A DNA stretch of 64,000 nt from Guillardia theta CCMP2712 (taxonomy: Eukaryota; Protista; Cryptophyta), in the NCBI RefSeq assembly GCF_000315625.1, contig NW_005434651.1, forward strand, positions 178,058 to 242,057, read 5' to 3'. Under the pieces are notes generated by a model, which had not been told where the DNA came from, made no database searches, and saw nothing but the letters and a program-made list of their open reading frames with translations. Shown here piece by piece: positions 48,875-61,455 of this stretch (positions within the stretch are counted from its first letter, which is position 1; each line of letters opens with the position of its first letter). A program made the translations under genes and the position numbers.

Positions 48875-51800
48875 TCATGTTAAGAACTTTATCCGACCGG
48901 AGAAGTAAGAGGCCGTGAAGTGGAGGGCTGACAGGTACTTCTCTCGGTCATTGTACAGCCTTGAGTTCACATGCCCTGCCACTTGCCTCACGTGTGACCA
49001 CAAGTGCAGGCACATCCTCCCCGCTTGTCCCAGTCCCTCAAGCTTCGTCTCCGCTCCATCAGGAAGGCGCGAGGCCACCTGAAGGACGAGGAGCACCTTG
49101 AGAATGTTGGAGTTGAAGTGCATGAGGCTCGGGAGGAAGCCCTTCTTCTCCCCACGTCGATGCATCGCCAGTCGCTGGTTCTGCCTCCTCATGTTCGCGT
49201 GCCGCTGAGCCTCAGTGAGCATGGAAGCGCGGCGAGTGATGACTTCCCTGTAGACTGACTCGTAGCAGTTGATGAGACAGCAGGTCCAGTCGTAGACGCT
49301 TCCTCTCTCGCTCCTCACCGACTGCTTTGGGAAGTGAAGGTGGAGATATGCGTCATGCACCTCGTCGCTAGGGTGCAGAACCATCCATCCCCTCTTCTTC
49401 ATGCTCGCAGCGAACGAGTCAAGACGCTGCTGTGACCTCTCGACTGCCGCCGCCACGTCTCGCTGCTCCTTTGCCGTCTTTCCTCGCTGCCGGCATTCAT
49501 CAACAGCTTCCTTCGCACCCAGTACTTTCCTCCTCCTTGCACTGAGCGAGTTCAGCTTCAGCTCTAGCAGATCCTCGTCGACGGCCAAATTGAATCCTCG
49601 ATCGGAGAACCTCAACTGGAAGGCAGCAACAAGCGTGAGGGCCTGCCTCAGCTTCCCAATCGACTCATCCACAAGGGCGACATGACGACTCAGGTCCTTC
49701 GTTTCCTCTCCTTCCAACACCCTCGACGACTCAACTAATTCGCTGATGCGACGCAAATAGTCAGACTCTACAGAGATCCGCTGTTCCAGCAGCTCTAGCA
49801 TCCCTCTCCTGTCCTCCCCTGCCTGCTTGAACGCTTCCTCCGCTTGCTTCAAGGCCTGCCTCGCCTGCTGGTACTTCTTCTCGTCGGTCAGCTTGGTCGC
49901 CTCCTCGGCCTTCTGGTCACCCTCTTTGATAAGCTGCCTCACTCGCCGTTCCTGCTCCTCCCGGGCCAGCCGCTCCTGCTCCTCCTCTGTCTTGATCCGC
50001 TGTTCCAGCAGCTCTAGCATCCCTCTCCTGTCCTCCCCTGCCTGCTTGAACGCTTCCTCCGCTTGCTTCAAGGCCTGCCTCGCCTGCTGGTACTTCTTCT
50101 CGTCGGTCAGCTTGGTCGCCTCCTCGGCCTTCTGGTCACCCTCTTTGATAAGCTGCCTCACTCGCCGTTCCTGCTCCTCCCGGGCCAGCCGCTCCTGCTC
50201 CTCCTCTGTCTTGATCCGCTGTTCCAGCAGCTCTAGCATCCCTCTCCTGTCCTCCCCTGCCTGCTTGAACGCTTCCTCCGCTTGCTTCAAGGCCTGCCTC
50301 GCCTGCTGGTACTTCTTCTCGTCGGTCAGCTTGGTCGCCTCCTCGGCCTTCTGGTCACCCTCTTTGATAAGCTGCCTCACTCGCCGTTCCTGCTCCTCCC
50401 GGGCCAGCCGCTCCTGCTCCTCCTCTGTCTTGATCCGCTGTTCCAGCAGCTCTAGCATCCCTCTCCTGTCCTCCCCTGCCTGCTTGAACGCTTCCTCCGC
50501 TTGCTTCAAGGCCTGCCTCGCCTGCTGGTACTTCTTCTCGTCGGTCAGCTTGGTCGCCTCCTCGGCCTTCTGGTCACCCTCTTTGATAAGCTGCCTCACT
50601 CGCCGTTCCTGCTCCTCCCGGGCTTGCCGCTCCTGCTCCTCCCGGGCCAGCCGCTCCTGCTCCTCCCGGGCCAGCCGCTCCTGCTCCTCCCGGGCCAGCC
50701 GCTCCTGCTCCTCCCGGGCCAGCCGCTCCTGCTCCTCCCGGGCCAGCCGCTCCTGCTCCTCCCGGGCTTGCCGCTCCTGCTCCTCCCGGGCCAGCTTGCC
50801 TTGCCTCTCGTTCTCTTCTTGTCGTTTGCGTTCTTCAATTCTCTCTTCCAGCAGCTCCAAAACTCCTTTTCTGTCCTCCCCTGCCTGCTTGAACGCCTCC
50901 TTGGCCTGCTTCAAGGCCTGTTTCGCCTGCTCATACTGCTTCCCGTCGGTCAAATCGTTAGCTTCCTGCAACTTCAAATCCCCTTCATCCAGGTGAGTTT
51001 TCCTTTCCTGGTCTGCAATTTTTCCTTTGTTTTGAACCATTTCCGTCATATCGTATAGCTTCTGGTTGTCTGCTGGCTCATCTTGTCTTACTCCCTGACT
51101 TGGAGTCACATCCCCTTGCAACTTCTTCTCTTCTTTTCATGCATGTCAGCGAGCAGGAGAACAAGCATCGCAAAATTACCTTGGTTCCTCTGTATCTCGT
51201 TCATTTGATTGAACAGATCATCAAGGTGAACTCTTTCAATCCCGGCTTTGCAACAGACTTCTTCATACTTCTTGTGTAGCATTTTGGCTTGCTCAATATC
51301 TCCGGCTTGCAAACATTCAGAAGTTGCCATTAGTGCATTGATCGCTTCATCTTTGAGGTTGTGCTGTGTCCTGGATGCCTCTGCTTCCACCAATTTTACT
51401 TCCATTTCTCTCCATTCTGGTGGAATTTGTAGGTTGAATTCCTCATACTTCTTTAGACCTTTTTCAAGCTCTTCTCGGGCTTTAGCAAACATCCCAGTAT
51501 GAATCAGCACGGCGCATTCGTTCAAAACATGATTGGAGTTGTTCCTTTCACTTTCAAGGATTTGTACTAGCTCCACACTGGCATCGAACTCTTCCTGTTC
51601 CGCCGTTTTGGAACCCGATGGTGTTACAACATCAATCAAGTTGTTTCCTGCATCCGCACAAATCAGTGTCGGAACAAAGCATTTCGACAGAATCTCTACC
51701 TGAAGTTCCAACACCATCATCAACCACGGGATAGTCGTGACTTGTCAACCAATTTCCGTTCACGACGAATTTGAACTGGCGTCTTCCAGGAGGAAGTTTC

Positions 51801-52336
51801 ACAACAGTCTCCCATGAGTTGTCCGCATTCCTCGAAAGCTCGTGAAACTCGAGCCATTCTGACCAATCCCCGACCACATAGACTTTGCCATCTACGTAAG
51901 CATTCGTCTTGTAAGCAAGGGCCGTGGGGACGAGAGTAGCATTCAGCAAGTCATTCTTTCTTCGCTTCAAGTACTCGAAAGCAATCTTGATCTCCTCCAG
52001 GGTGATAAAATTATCACCGTTGGTGTCGACGAGCTCAAACAGCCGTTTCCTGTCATCATCTCACAAACTTTACCCCACAACTATGTAGAGCACTCACGTC
52101 GGGGCTATCTTCTGAGCTCTCAAGAACTCGATCGCATCCTTGGATAAGCCGCCATACTCACCGAGATTTTCCGGCTCACCTCCTTTCAGCCAGAGAGCAC
52201 TGTTACCCCGACCGAGCTTGTTTCGAGCGTATGCAGTTGAAGATCTCAAAGAAGAAGGAAATCCATTTGCATCCACATGAAGAATAAGGAGGGAAAAGAG
52301 GGGGAAACTGAGGAAAAGCCACCGATTCATCTTCAT
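48875..52336 (-). CDS. Signal peptide + EF-hand + CBM48 (glycogen/starch-binding) + helical tandem-repeat/coiled-coil protein
   Basis: MKMNRWLFLSFPLFSLLILHVDA leader, LWLKGG, EF loop DTNGDNFITLEE, VYVVGDWSEW...LPPGRRQFKFVVNGNW, 73-aa repeats. Confidence 0.85.
49775..50795. repeat. Coding tandem repeats: four apparently identical 219-nt units plus ~8 24-nt units (AREEQERL)
   Basis: Unit starts 49775, 49994, 50213, 50432. Confidence 0.97.
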
Positions 52337-53427
52337 CAACACAATCTGCTGAAATCACATGCATCAGTTCATGTCACGTACCGTCAAAGAAAGTCAAGAA
52401 AAGTAACAAACCATCATCATAATTGAAAGCACGTACCTTAGTGATTCTGAAGTCGTTGAGGAGTAAAGTATGCAATACATGAGTTTTTCAAGACAATCTG
52501 CAAGAAAGCAATCAGTGAAGCCAATCATGAAGTGCATAAATTTCAGATTTTCATGCTGTGACACTGAAATTCTGTCTATCCTAATGATAAATTCAGATGG
52601 TTATGTAGAATATTGTTAAAACAACACAAGGAAACGAAGTAACATCATGAAAATAGTCTAGTCTGCCACCTTCGATCCTCCGTTGATGACATATGCAACG
52701 CTCCATGCAGACAGGAGATTCACAACAAAGTTTTCTCGTGATCACTTTGTCTGAAAAGATAACAAGAAACAATCCTACGCAAGCTTGCACGAGGAAGAGA
52801 AAGCATGCAGGAAACAACCACCCTTCTCCTTGGATCCCAGGAACGGGGGCCGAGGATCACAAAGTTCCACCAGGCAAGGGCGCGAGTCAAAGCAAGGGGC
52901 ACAGTAAGGTCAAGAAATCATTAGAGGAGAGGCAGAGGACGAGAAAGACGAGGAAAAGGAGCATGGAAACCCTCCCCGCTTTCTCTAATCTCTCCTCTTC
53001 GCTCGCCCGCCATCGCGGCATAGGTCGGCGGGCTCGGCCGCATCAGCTGAAAAGAGAGAAACGTTGGAGAGTTTGAAACTTTGCTAATGGAAAGATTTGT
53101 TTAAACTTTATGCCGAATATGTTGAAGTTCCAAACTTTGAACGTCATCTTTTTCATGCGGCACCGTGCATACGAGCTAGTGCCATGCTCCCTGCCGGAAA
53201 TGCAGGCTGGAATGCCTCGCTATCCCCTTGCTGCTGCTATGGCTGCTACCCCGCTTCTGTCTGCCTCTGGGGGAGAGACTGGGGAAGAGAGGGGAGGGGA
53301 GGAGGGAGGGAGATGACAGAGAGGGAGGAGCGAAGGAGGGGCCTTGAACGAAGTAGAGGAAAGAGGAGGGCAGGTCGTGAAAGTGCAAACAGGGCCCAGT
53401 CAAGGACGTCGCCGAGTTTCGGGCACG

Positions 53428-55125
53428 ATGAAGAGCAGTTTCCTTGGAGTGCTGATTGCTCTTGTTGGAAACAGTCTCATTGGAACAAGCTTTAGTGTCA
53501 TGAAGGTTTGAACTCAACCATGGTAAGATTGATGGTGTGACATCGTTGAAACCAGATAGCACACGAGCGGAACACAGGAGGGAAGAATTATCTCACCATC
53601 CCGATGTAAGGGAAGCACGAAGCTGAGATACCATCTTATTCTTCTGATGAGGTGGTGGGCTGGAACTTCTCTCATGGTCCTGGGCGAGCTTGGAAACCTT
53701 GTGGCGTACTCTGTGAACTCCTGAGTTGAAATGCTTCCCTTGCTGACCAGAAGTCTGCAGTTAGCGAAACCTTCCCTCATCTCGCCGCTGGGAGCGATAT
53801 CTGTGCAGACAGCTTCTGCTCTTGTCGTTGACTGAGGCCATCACAGGTAGTTGTCAATGTGCCGTTCGCCTACTTCATCTTGGGCGAGAAGCTGTCCTTT
53901 CGCAACATCCTCGGCTGCATCCTCTGCATCTTGGGTGGTTATGGGATAGTGGGGGTGATGTGAAGTCGCTTGCTCCCCAATGGTTTGTGATGCGATGTTT
54001 CAGGTTGTAGCAAACAACACATCGGAGCATGAGACGGTTACGGTTGAACAATTCGAGAAAATGGCGTTCCGACCTACGTTCATGGTTGCGCTGACAACGA
54101 TTTTTCTGTTCTGACGTGTGAACAAACTCTCCAGGTTTTCTTCACGATATCTGTCATGGAGTCGATTGATCTGATCTGGTCAAGAAGGTGAGAGTGTCGT
54201 ACCAACGTTTTCCCAACGTCCTCACCCTCTGCAAGGAAAACGGTCATGACATACATCTGGATATGTTCGCTGCTCGGAGGGCTGACTGTGCTGTCTATCA
54301 AAGCTGTCACATCGTACATGCTCGATCTTGTTCCTTTCCTCCCATTTGAACCTCGTCCTGCAGATTTATGGTCATTACATTCCAGGGATCGAACCAATTC
54401 GGCAATCTGCTGCCGTTCGCGATCTTTCCGATCCTTGCCTTGACCCTCGTGCTGCAGGAAAGACGGCGACGTTCCTGTCTCTTCTCTGAACCATGCTGGG
54501 CAGGTGCACTTCTTAAACAAGGCCATCGCAGACTACGGGACAGGTTGACGGGCCCAGAGGCTTTCAAGTGTTTACTGAGGGCCCGCGCAGGAGAAGTGGT
54601 TCCCACCTACTACGTCATCTTCACCTCTTGCGCTGTCTTGGGCAGTGCGATCCTGTGAGTCGTGCATTGATACGCTTCGATCCTTTCAGATCAGTACGCG
54701 TCATGTTGAGATCTCACTGGCTACCATGGCAGGTACGGAGACCTGACAGATTCGAGCAAGGAGAACATTCTGGTACCATTCTCGACACACACCTTGATCT
54801 CTTTCAACTGCTCAATCTCCGCAAAAGAAGCTCAATCTACAGACTGCACTTCCATCTGAATCGGAATCATCAGGTTTTTCTCTTGAGCTTCATCGCAACA
54901 TCTGCTGGAGTGTACCTGGTCCAGCTACGAGGATCGCTCGTGCATGTTGCTAATTCGTTGACAGGTTGCAAACCAAAGGGAGGGAAAAATAAACATTCAC
55001 AGGACATCTGGCGAGGTTTTTTTGCCTCATGTTGTAGGCTTGCAATGATTGATCTGTTTGTCGCCCAGCAGCACATACGCTCGATAGAGGCCTCCGACGG
55101 CGATGATCAAGAAACCTTGCTGTAG
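53428..55125 (+). CDS. NIPA-family magnesium transporter (DMT superfamily)
   Basis: GVLIALVGNSLIG, WWAGTSLMVLGELGNLVAYS, LISPLGAIS, FILGEKL, LGGLTVLSIKA, VVPTYYVIFT; a 5' exon may lie near 53200. Confidence 0.9.
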
Positions 55126-55387
55126 ATATATTCTTCTCTTTCGCTCGTGTTATTCTTTCCCTCGAGTCTGTCTCCAATATCCAGAAATGCGTGTTTTCCA
55201 ACCTGCGGGATTGACTCTGAGAATATTCTTATCAATGAATGCTTGTCAATTTATTCAGAGCATTTTCCACAGAAATTTGACGTGTTAAGGTTCTCAACAA
55301 TCAGCATACACCACGGCCATGCAGCGGCCTCCTCCACCAACAGAGCAGGACAAACAACCCCATGTCATCCACCAATGTACAAGATCT

Positions 55388-55901
55388 TCACTCTGGAGGC
55401 CAGATGTCTAACTCAGGATGGTCGTTGTCGTATTCGCTGCACCTTCACGTCAGTCTAACCATCATACACCCACAAAGTCTCACTCATGGATCGGGCTCCA
55501 GTACGAGCTGTCCCAAGACCCCGGACACCCTACCTCCGGGTAGAGCTTCCGTATGCACAGATCAATGTACTCCTGCGAATTCTCATCTCAACTCTAGCAC
55601 AGGGCACAGGACAGCGCTGACCTCTGCGAACATCTCCGGATCTCCCGTGTGCTCTCGCTCCCAATACGGGTAAGTCTCAGTCCCCCACAGCATCTGTCCA
55701 CGCGCCCTCATGGCCATTCTCCTCCTGGGAACCCTCACGAGCTCCAGATCCTGAAAGTCTCAAGTCAACTCTCAAGCAAGAGCTCCTAACACTGCCTACT
55801 GCTGTTCTCTTGTTGCCGCTCGTCGTAGCGATCAGCAAAGTAGCGATCCCAGCAACGGCCAGCACAGCAGCCACCACGAGAAGCTGCTGATTCCTCAGCA
55901 T
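55388..55901 (-). CDS. Small signal-anchored/secreted protein
   Basis: MLRNQQLLVVAAVLAVAGIATLLIA; spliced in frame through 3 introns to ...HPELDIWPPE*. Confidence 0.7.
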
Positions 55902-56020
55902 CGTTGCTGTGCGGTGTAGGCCTGCATCGCCTCGTTAGAGCATCGGTCAAGGGAGAGCGAGGATCAGGACAATGCTGCTATTTCATCACAGGACAGGAAA
56001 CGTGACGGAGATGAGAGGGA

Positions 56021-56100
<80 letters not shown>

Positions 56101-56147
56101 GGAGGAGGAGGAGGAGGAGGAGGAGGAGGAGGAGGAGGAGGAGGAGG
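56021..56147. repeat. Compound microsatellite (GAT)n(GAG)n
   Basis: Direct inspection. Confidence 0.95.
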
Positions 56148-56395
56148 ATAGGGCATGAGAAGAGCTGGTGATCGTGATGGTGGGCAGGACAGGCGACAAT
56201 GCAGTTCGAAAGTAAATGCATGAAGAGGCGTTCATTGCTATCAACTACCCCACCCTACACTTTTAGCAGGCAGGTTTAGAAAAATTCTTCAGGGGGTGGG
56301 TCTGGGGGTGGGTAGGAATATGATCGGTCAGTACGGGGACGAGGTTTCGGGGGTTTGCACAGAACCGAAGAAAACGCTTCATCAGTGCGGAAACA

Positions 56396-57476
56396 ATGTG
56401 GAGAAAGCGGAGGACAACAATGATGGCGATGGCGATGGCTATGATGATGATCACGATGCCTTCATCGTCATTATCAGCATCACCAACACCTTCTTCCTTC
56501 TCAGCAGCGCCATCAGCGCATGAAGGTCTGATCTCGATTGCAAACGTTCATTCGGATCTGAAATGGGTCGGACTTTTGCGCCCTTTCAGTTGAGAACACA
56601 CTCCGCATCATGCTGAAGGATAAGGATTCGGACTCACTGATTCCTGACACAGAGAAGATTCACGTGGATACCACTCCCTTGCTGCCCAACGACAATCATG
56701 TTTGATTTCCTTGTCCTCAGACCAAAGTCGGGCAAATGTTCAAGGTTGAGCTTCAGAGCTCGCCGTCTACGGGGTTCACGGTAAGTGCTTAGGCGTGCCA
56801 TGTCTTTCGGTTCTGTCTGCTGCATGTTCCATGTTTTCCATCTTGCATTGGCATTGATGCTGTCTGGTGCATGTCTTGCGAAATGATTGCCTCTGATCTC
56901 ATGGCAGTGGGCGTTGGACGGCCTGACTTCTATGGACATGGGAAATCCCTTACAGTCTGTGAGGACTGGAGCTTCGGCTGCCATCAAGGTGTGTTGTACG
57001 AAATATGTCCGTAAGTGTGTGTTGTTCGGACAAGATGTGATAGAAATGTGATAGGGATGCTTGGTTGGAACTGAGATCTTGTGAAGTTTTGTACGTGACT
57101 TTCTTGTTTCAGGAAGTGTCAAGCAAGTTTCAAGCGTCATCTCAAAACACCAAGCTGGGAGCTCCTGGCTTCCAGGTGAGGGAAGAGAGGGGCAAGGGGG
57201 AGAGGGTGGTGAGGAGTCGAAGAACCTGACTTGTGGTTTGTTGGTGACAGAGTTTTGTCTTCGAAGCGACGAAAGCAGGCATGCCGTCGGTTCCTCTGGT
57301 TGGCTCAGTCACTGTGCATGGCAGGATCAACTATCATCTCCTTTTCCTACCGAAGGCCCTGGGAAGAAGATTCTCCTCCCTCCCAACAAGTGGTGGGCTA
57401 GCATGTCCCGATGTGCTGCGGGTGAGAAATTCTGCAGATTATCGAAGTGAGGGCGGCGGCGGACAAAGAGCTTTGA
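56396..57476 (+). CDS. Chagasin/ICP-family (MEROPS I42) cysteine peptidase inhibitor, multi-exon
   Basis: Spliced KVGQMFKVELQSSPSTGFT|W, LGAPGFQ|SFVFEATKA|GSTIISFSYRRPWE, ends AAADKEL*. Confidence 0.88.
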
Positions 57477-57523
57477 AGCTCTTCTTTCCAGTTTAACGCA
57501 GAGGCAGCGAACGTCAAGCTTGT

Positions 57524-59800
57524 TTAGACTACAGTGAACGAGATGGAGTGGAAGGATAAGACTTCCCCCTCAGGGCCCACCAGGTCCGCGTCGACATGAT
57601 GTTGTCCTGCCACGAGAGGTCAGGAAGGGTGGGGGAGGAGGCTGGGGAGACCAGGAGGAACGATATCCTGAGGCACAGAGATCAGCAGCTCCGAACGATC
57701 TCCCCGCACGATCAACTTGCCGTCGAGGAACAACTTTGAAAGGCAGTCACAACCAGGAGGGTAGGCAGGGTCATCGACCTCAGCAACGGCTTCCTCCGGT
57801 ACCCAAACGCCCCCAACACGATACTCGATGTGCAGTTCCTGCATGTGTTGAGAAGGTACCAAGGATTGGGGGGGGGGGGGGGGGGGGGGGTGCAGGCATC
57901 GAGGGGCTGCAGGATGGAAGTGAAGGGAAGAGTGAGTAGGAGGAGGACGCCAAGGAAGCCTTAGAGGAGGATGCACGGCACTGTATCTCACCTCCTGTGC
58001 CCGATGAGAAGCTCCGTTGACTGGTGTGAGGACCTCGATGCTTGGCGGCTCAGAGGAAGGAGATCTTCTTGAACCTTCCGACAAGTCATGAGGTCGAGCA
58101 AGAGCAAGAGCAAGAGCAAGAGCATAAGGAGGTGAAGCAGTGAAGGAGACAGGAAGGGAGTTCGACGGACCTTGTTTGCGACTCAGTGGCTGCCTTGATC
58201 GCACCAGTTCGTCGACTCCCCACTGCTCCTTGAGGTGGATCTTGCAAGACGTTAATCCTCAGCCGTCACCGCAGCCACTACCTTGTAGTCATTGCTGGGT
58301 GTTGCGATGTTGTACACCAGCAGGATTGAGTCCACACGCATGATCCTCTCCCCTGCCCTTCCTTGTCAGCTGTACAAAGTCTCACCTTCCTCCCCTCCTT
58401 CCCTCACCTGCTCTCTCTAGCAGCGGGAGCATGACGGCAACATCTGCTCCTGCCCTGTCGAAGTATCGTCCTCCCTGCTCCAGCCCTCAGCAGGTGCGGC
58501 ATCAGCCAGTCAAGTTACGTTGGAGCACTTGGGACCCCACCCATGATCCTCATCGTAGCAGAAAGACTTCCTGGAGGGCTGACGATCAACGAGGCAAGAG
58601 GAGGAAAAGAGACGAACAAGGGGGAAAGAGGAATGGAGATCATGGGACAAGGGAATGGAGGTCAGATGAGGAGAAGAGAGGGGAGGGGAGGGGAGGAGAC
58701 CCTACTCTTCAATGTCCTTGAGCAAGAAATATTTGAAAGTTCTGTAGACAAGAAGAGAACAAGAAAGTCAGGGGACCAATTACCTTTGAGACCTCACCTG
58801 AGATGCGATGAGATGAAAGGAAAGCGTCGGAAAGACTTCGAGTCAATGACCCTATAGAGCACAATCACCAGCTTGATCCTCCCTCCCGCCCTATCCTCTT
58901 ATCCCATCCGTTCCCCTCCGCTCACTTCCGCCCCCCGCCCTCTCCCCTCCTCCCCTCCTCCCTCCCCTCCTCGCCCCTCCAATCTTGACCATTTGGGGAA
59001 GTCGACGATCCAGTCAGGCACGAGGCCGGTGGGATACTCGATGAAAGTCCCGTAGGTCATCCAGGCTCCCTCCTGCTCGCCCGCCCGTCACATGCCGACC
59101 AGTCTCAGCTGATCTCCCACCTCGTACTTGCGGGCCACGAGAGCGAGCGCGTTAGGATGTGCGAACCTGTCAGGACGTGTCAAATCGCGCATTGACTTGC
59201 GTCGGGGTCAACCAATCATCTCCATCGACGACGACGATGACGTCATCATCCTGGGGATCGGCCATGGCGATGGCTTCACACGAAAGGTCACGGGAACGAG
59301 TCCATGGCTCGGTAACTTCACCGTTGATGGTGTTGTACAAGGCTCCCTTCCTCTCTTCATTCACGATCACCCTGACCCTCTCATCTCCTCTTCGCCGCCC
59401 CCCCCGTCAGAGCAGACAGCTGGAGGGCAGACAGAAGAACCTGGAGGCCTCGATGGCAACATCTCCAGTGCCATCCGACGAGTGGTCGTCAGTCACAATC
59501 AGCTCCCAGCTGCTCGACTAGTCAAAGTCTTCCATCTCCAGCAGCAATCTGACTCACTTCCTGTAGCTTTGCGCTAACACGCTCTCCACCGTGAATCGGA
59601 TCCAGGTCGCGCAGTTGCGAGCTGGGGTGACTATGATGAAACGAAGAGCTTCTAGAGCAGGTGCTGGCTCCTTCTTGTCCGGATGCTCGGAGAGGATCGG
59701 GGCATTCTGATTGATGATGACAGAACGAGCAAACGAATTTCCATGAACTGGCAGCAGAGAACTTCAGAATCGGCTCTGCCTCCAACCCTCCCCAACATCA

Positions 59801-59845
<45 letters not shown>

Positions 59846-59846
59846 C

Positions 59847-59886
<40 letters not shown>

Positions 59887-61455
59887 ATCTTACAACATCT
59901 GCTCCTGCTCGTCCTACTTCCCCTGATCTCTTTGGTCCTCATCCTCCTCCTCCTCCTCCTCCTCCTCCTGCACCTGCATCTGCTCTTTCTCTTCCTCCTC
60001 TTGCTCCTCACCGATGTCATAGAATGACTTGGCTGGAGGTCCGAAATATTCTCCCCCGGCGATTTTGAACCCATATGAGAGCCTCCTCCCCTGTTCGGGG
60101 AGCCAGCCCGGAGGGCGATCCCTTGGAACGTCCTGCCAGCACGTTCGGCTCTCCCTGCACGCGAGATCGGCGTCGGGAGGTACAGGAGTGAGATCTGGCA
60201 GGTAGAGGATAAGGCGGGGGAGGGAAGTGAATCGTTATCGAACCTTCTTCGTGAATCCTGTAGCCCGAGGAGAAGACGGTTTCTGAACTGGCACACTTGA
60301 GCTGCAAAGTCGGCAAGGTATCAGATTAGAGAGGAAAGGAGAAGAGACGATCGGGGAGGGGGCAAAAGAATTTTTGAGGAGAAACCTGCGAATGGAGGCG
60401 TTGGTAGTGGCAGACTGCGTCTCCTCTGAATCGAACCATCCCTTTCACAACACGAGAATACTCTGCTTTGTCTCTGAGCAAAACATCAATCCAAAAAAAG
60501 ACCTTCCCCAACAAAACGTTCTTTCATTGCCTGTACAATGTCGCGTTTCCGCTGTAGTTGTCAAGGTTCCGAGCGACAAGTAGATGTTCGTCAAGGAAAA
60601 TCATGAGCAGGCAATCGAGGGTTGTCAGAACCTAGCGCACGTTCAGATTTGTCGTCAACAACCAACAACCCTCTCTCACCCCAAACGCGTATCGATGATC
60701 GGCGGCTGAAAACACCCGAAGCTCCACTTGCAGCAAGAAATCTTCTCCCGAGTCCTCTGATGTGCAAACGCTCGTTGACCCTCCCTCAGCTTCATCGTCG
60801 GCCCGCTGGTTCTCCAAACGGATCCATCGCTTCGGGCCCGTTCTTGCCGAGCAGCTGCCTTGACGTTCCGTATCGGCTCCTGCGGAGCAGAAGAACTTCA
60901 TGTGAACGTCCGGTACGCGGAGAAGGGACCTATCGCGGTGAAACGAAGTGAATGGTGCTGGAATGCAGTTCCATTCTGCTCGTGAGCTAAGACCTAGCAA
61001 GTCGTCATGGCGCAGGGATCAGGCACTATCAGATCTACCGCATATGCAGAAATCTCCTCTGTCCTGCTATCACACTCGTCCAGGGTAGACCAGTCGTGAA
61101 CTCCTGGTATGGTTCTCAGAAGCTGTCGGGTGCACGCCGTGGGAGAGAGGGAGGGGAGGAGAGACGCATGAGACAAGGGTGCACCTTCCGTCTCGTTGCA
61201 GATCAACTCATTCAGAGTCAACCTCTTGTTAATGAAGACCAGGAGCTTGCAACAAGCTCCTGCTGGTCTGACATGGTAGACGAGTTGTCCACCATCGTGC
61301 GTAAGACGAAGATGACTCTCCTCCCACCCGCTCAGCTAGACAGCAGAGTATCACAAGGGATCAGCCATCAGCAGGATGTTTCTCACAGTCTCGGAGGCCA
61401 TCTCCTGCCCGAGGGAGGGTACGATTGACAGGACAACGATGAGTACAAACCACAT
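57524..61455 (-). CDS. Secretory GT2 (GT-A) glycosyltransferase with C-terminal Ig-like domain
   Basis: Signal MWFVLIVVLSIVPSLG; IIVTPARNCATWIRFTVESVLAQSY, VTDDHSSDGT, VVVDGDDWL, AWMTYG, DVAVMLPLLE. Confidence 0.85.

Noticed and set aside
49775-50795. Regular repeats resembling a CRISPR array
   Set aside because: No unique spacers; in-frame coding repeats in a eukaryotic gene
49827-50996. 389-aa Cys/Ser-rich plus-strand ORF
   Set aside because: Antisense shadow of the repeat-coding minus-strand exon
56634-57140. 168-aa minus-strand ORF
   Set aside because: Lies antisense to the spliced chagasin-family gene and has no motifs
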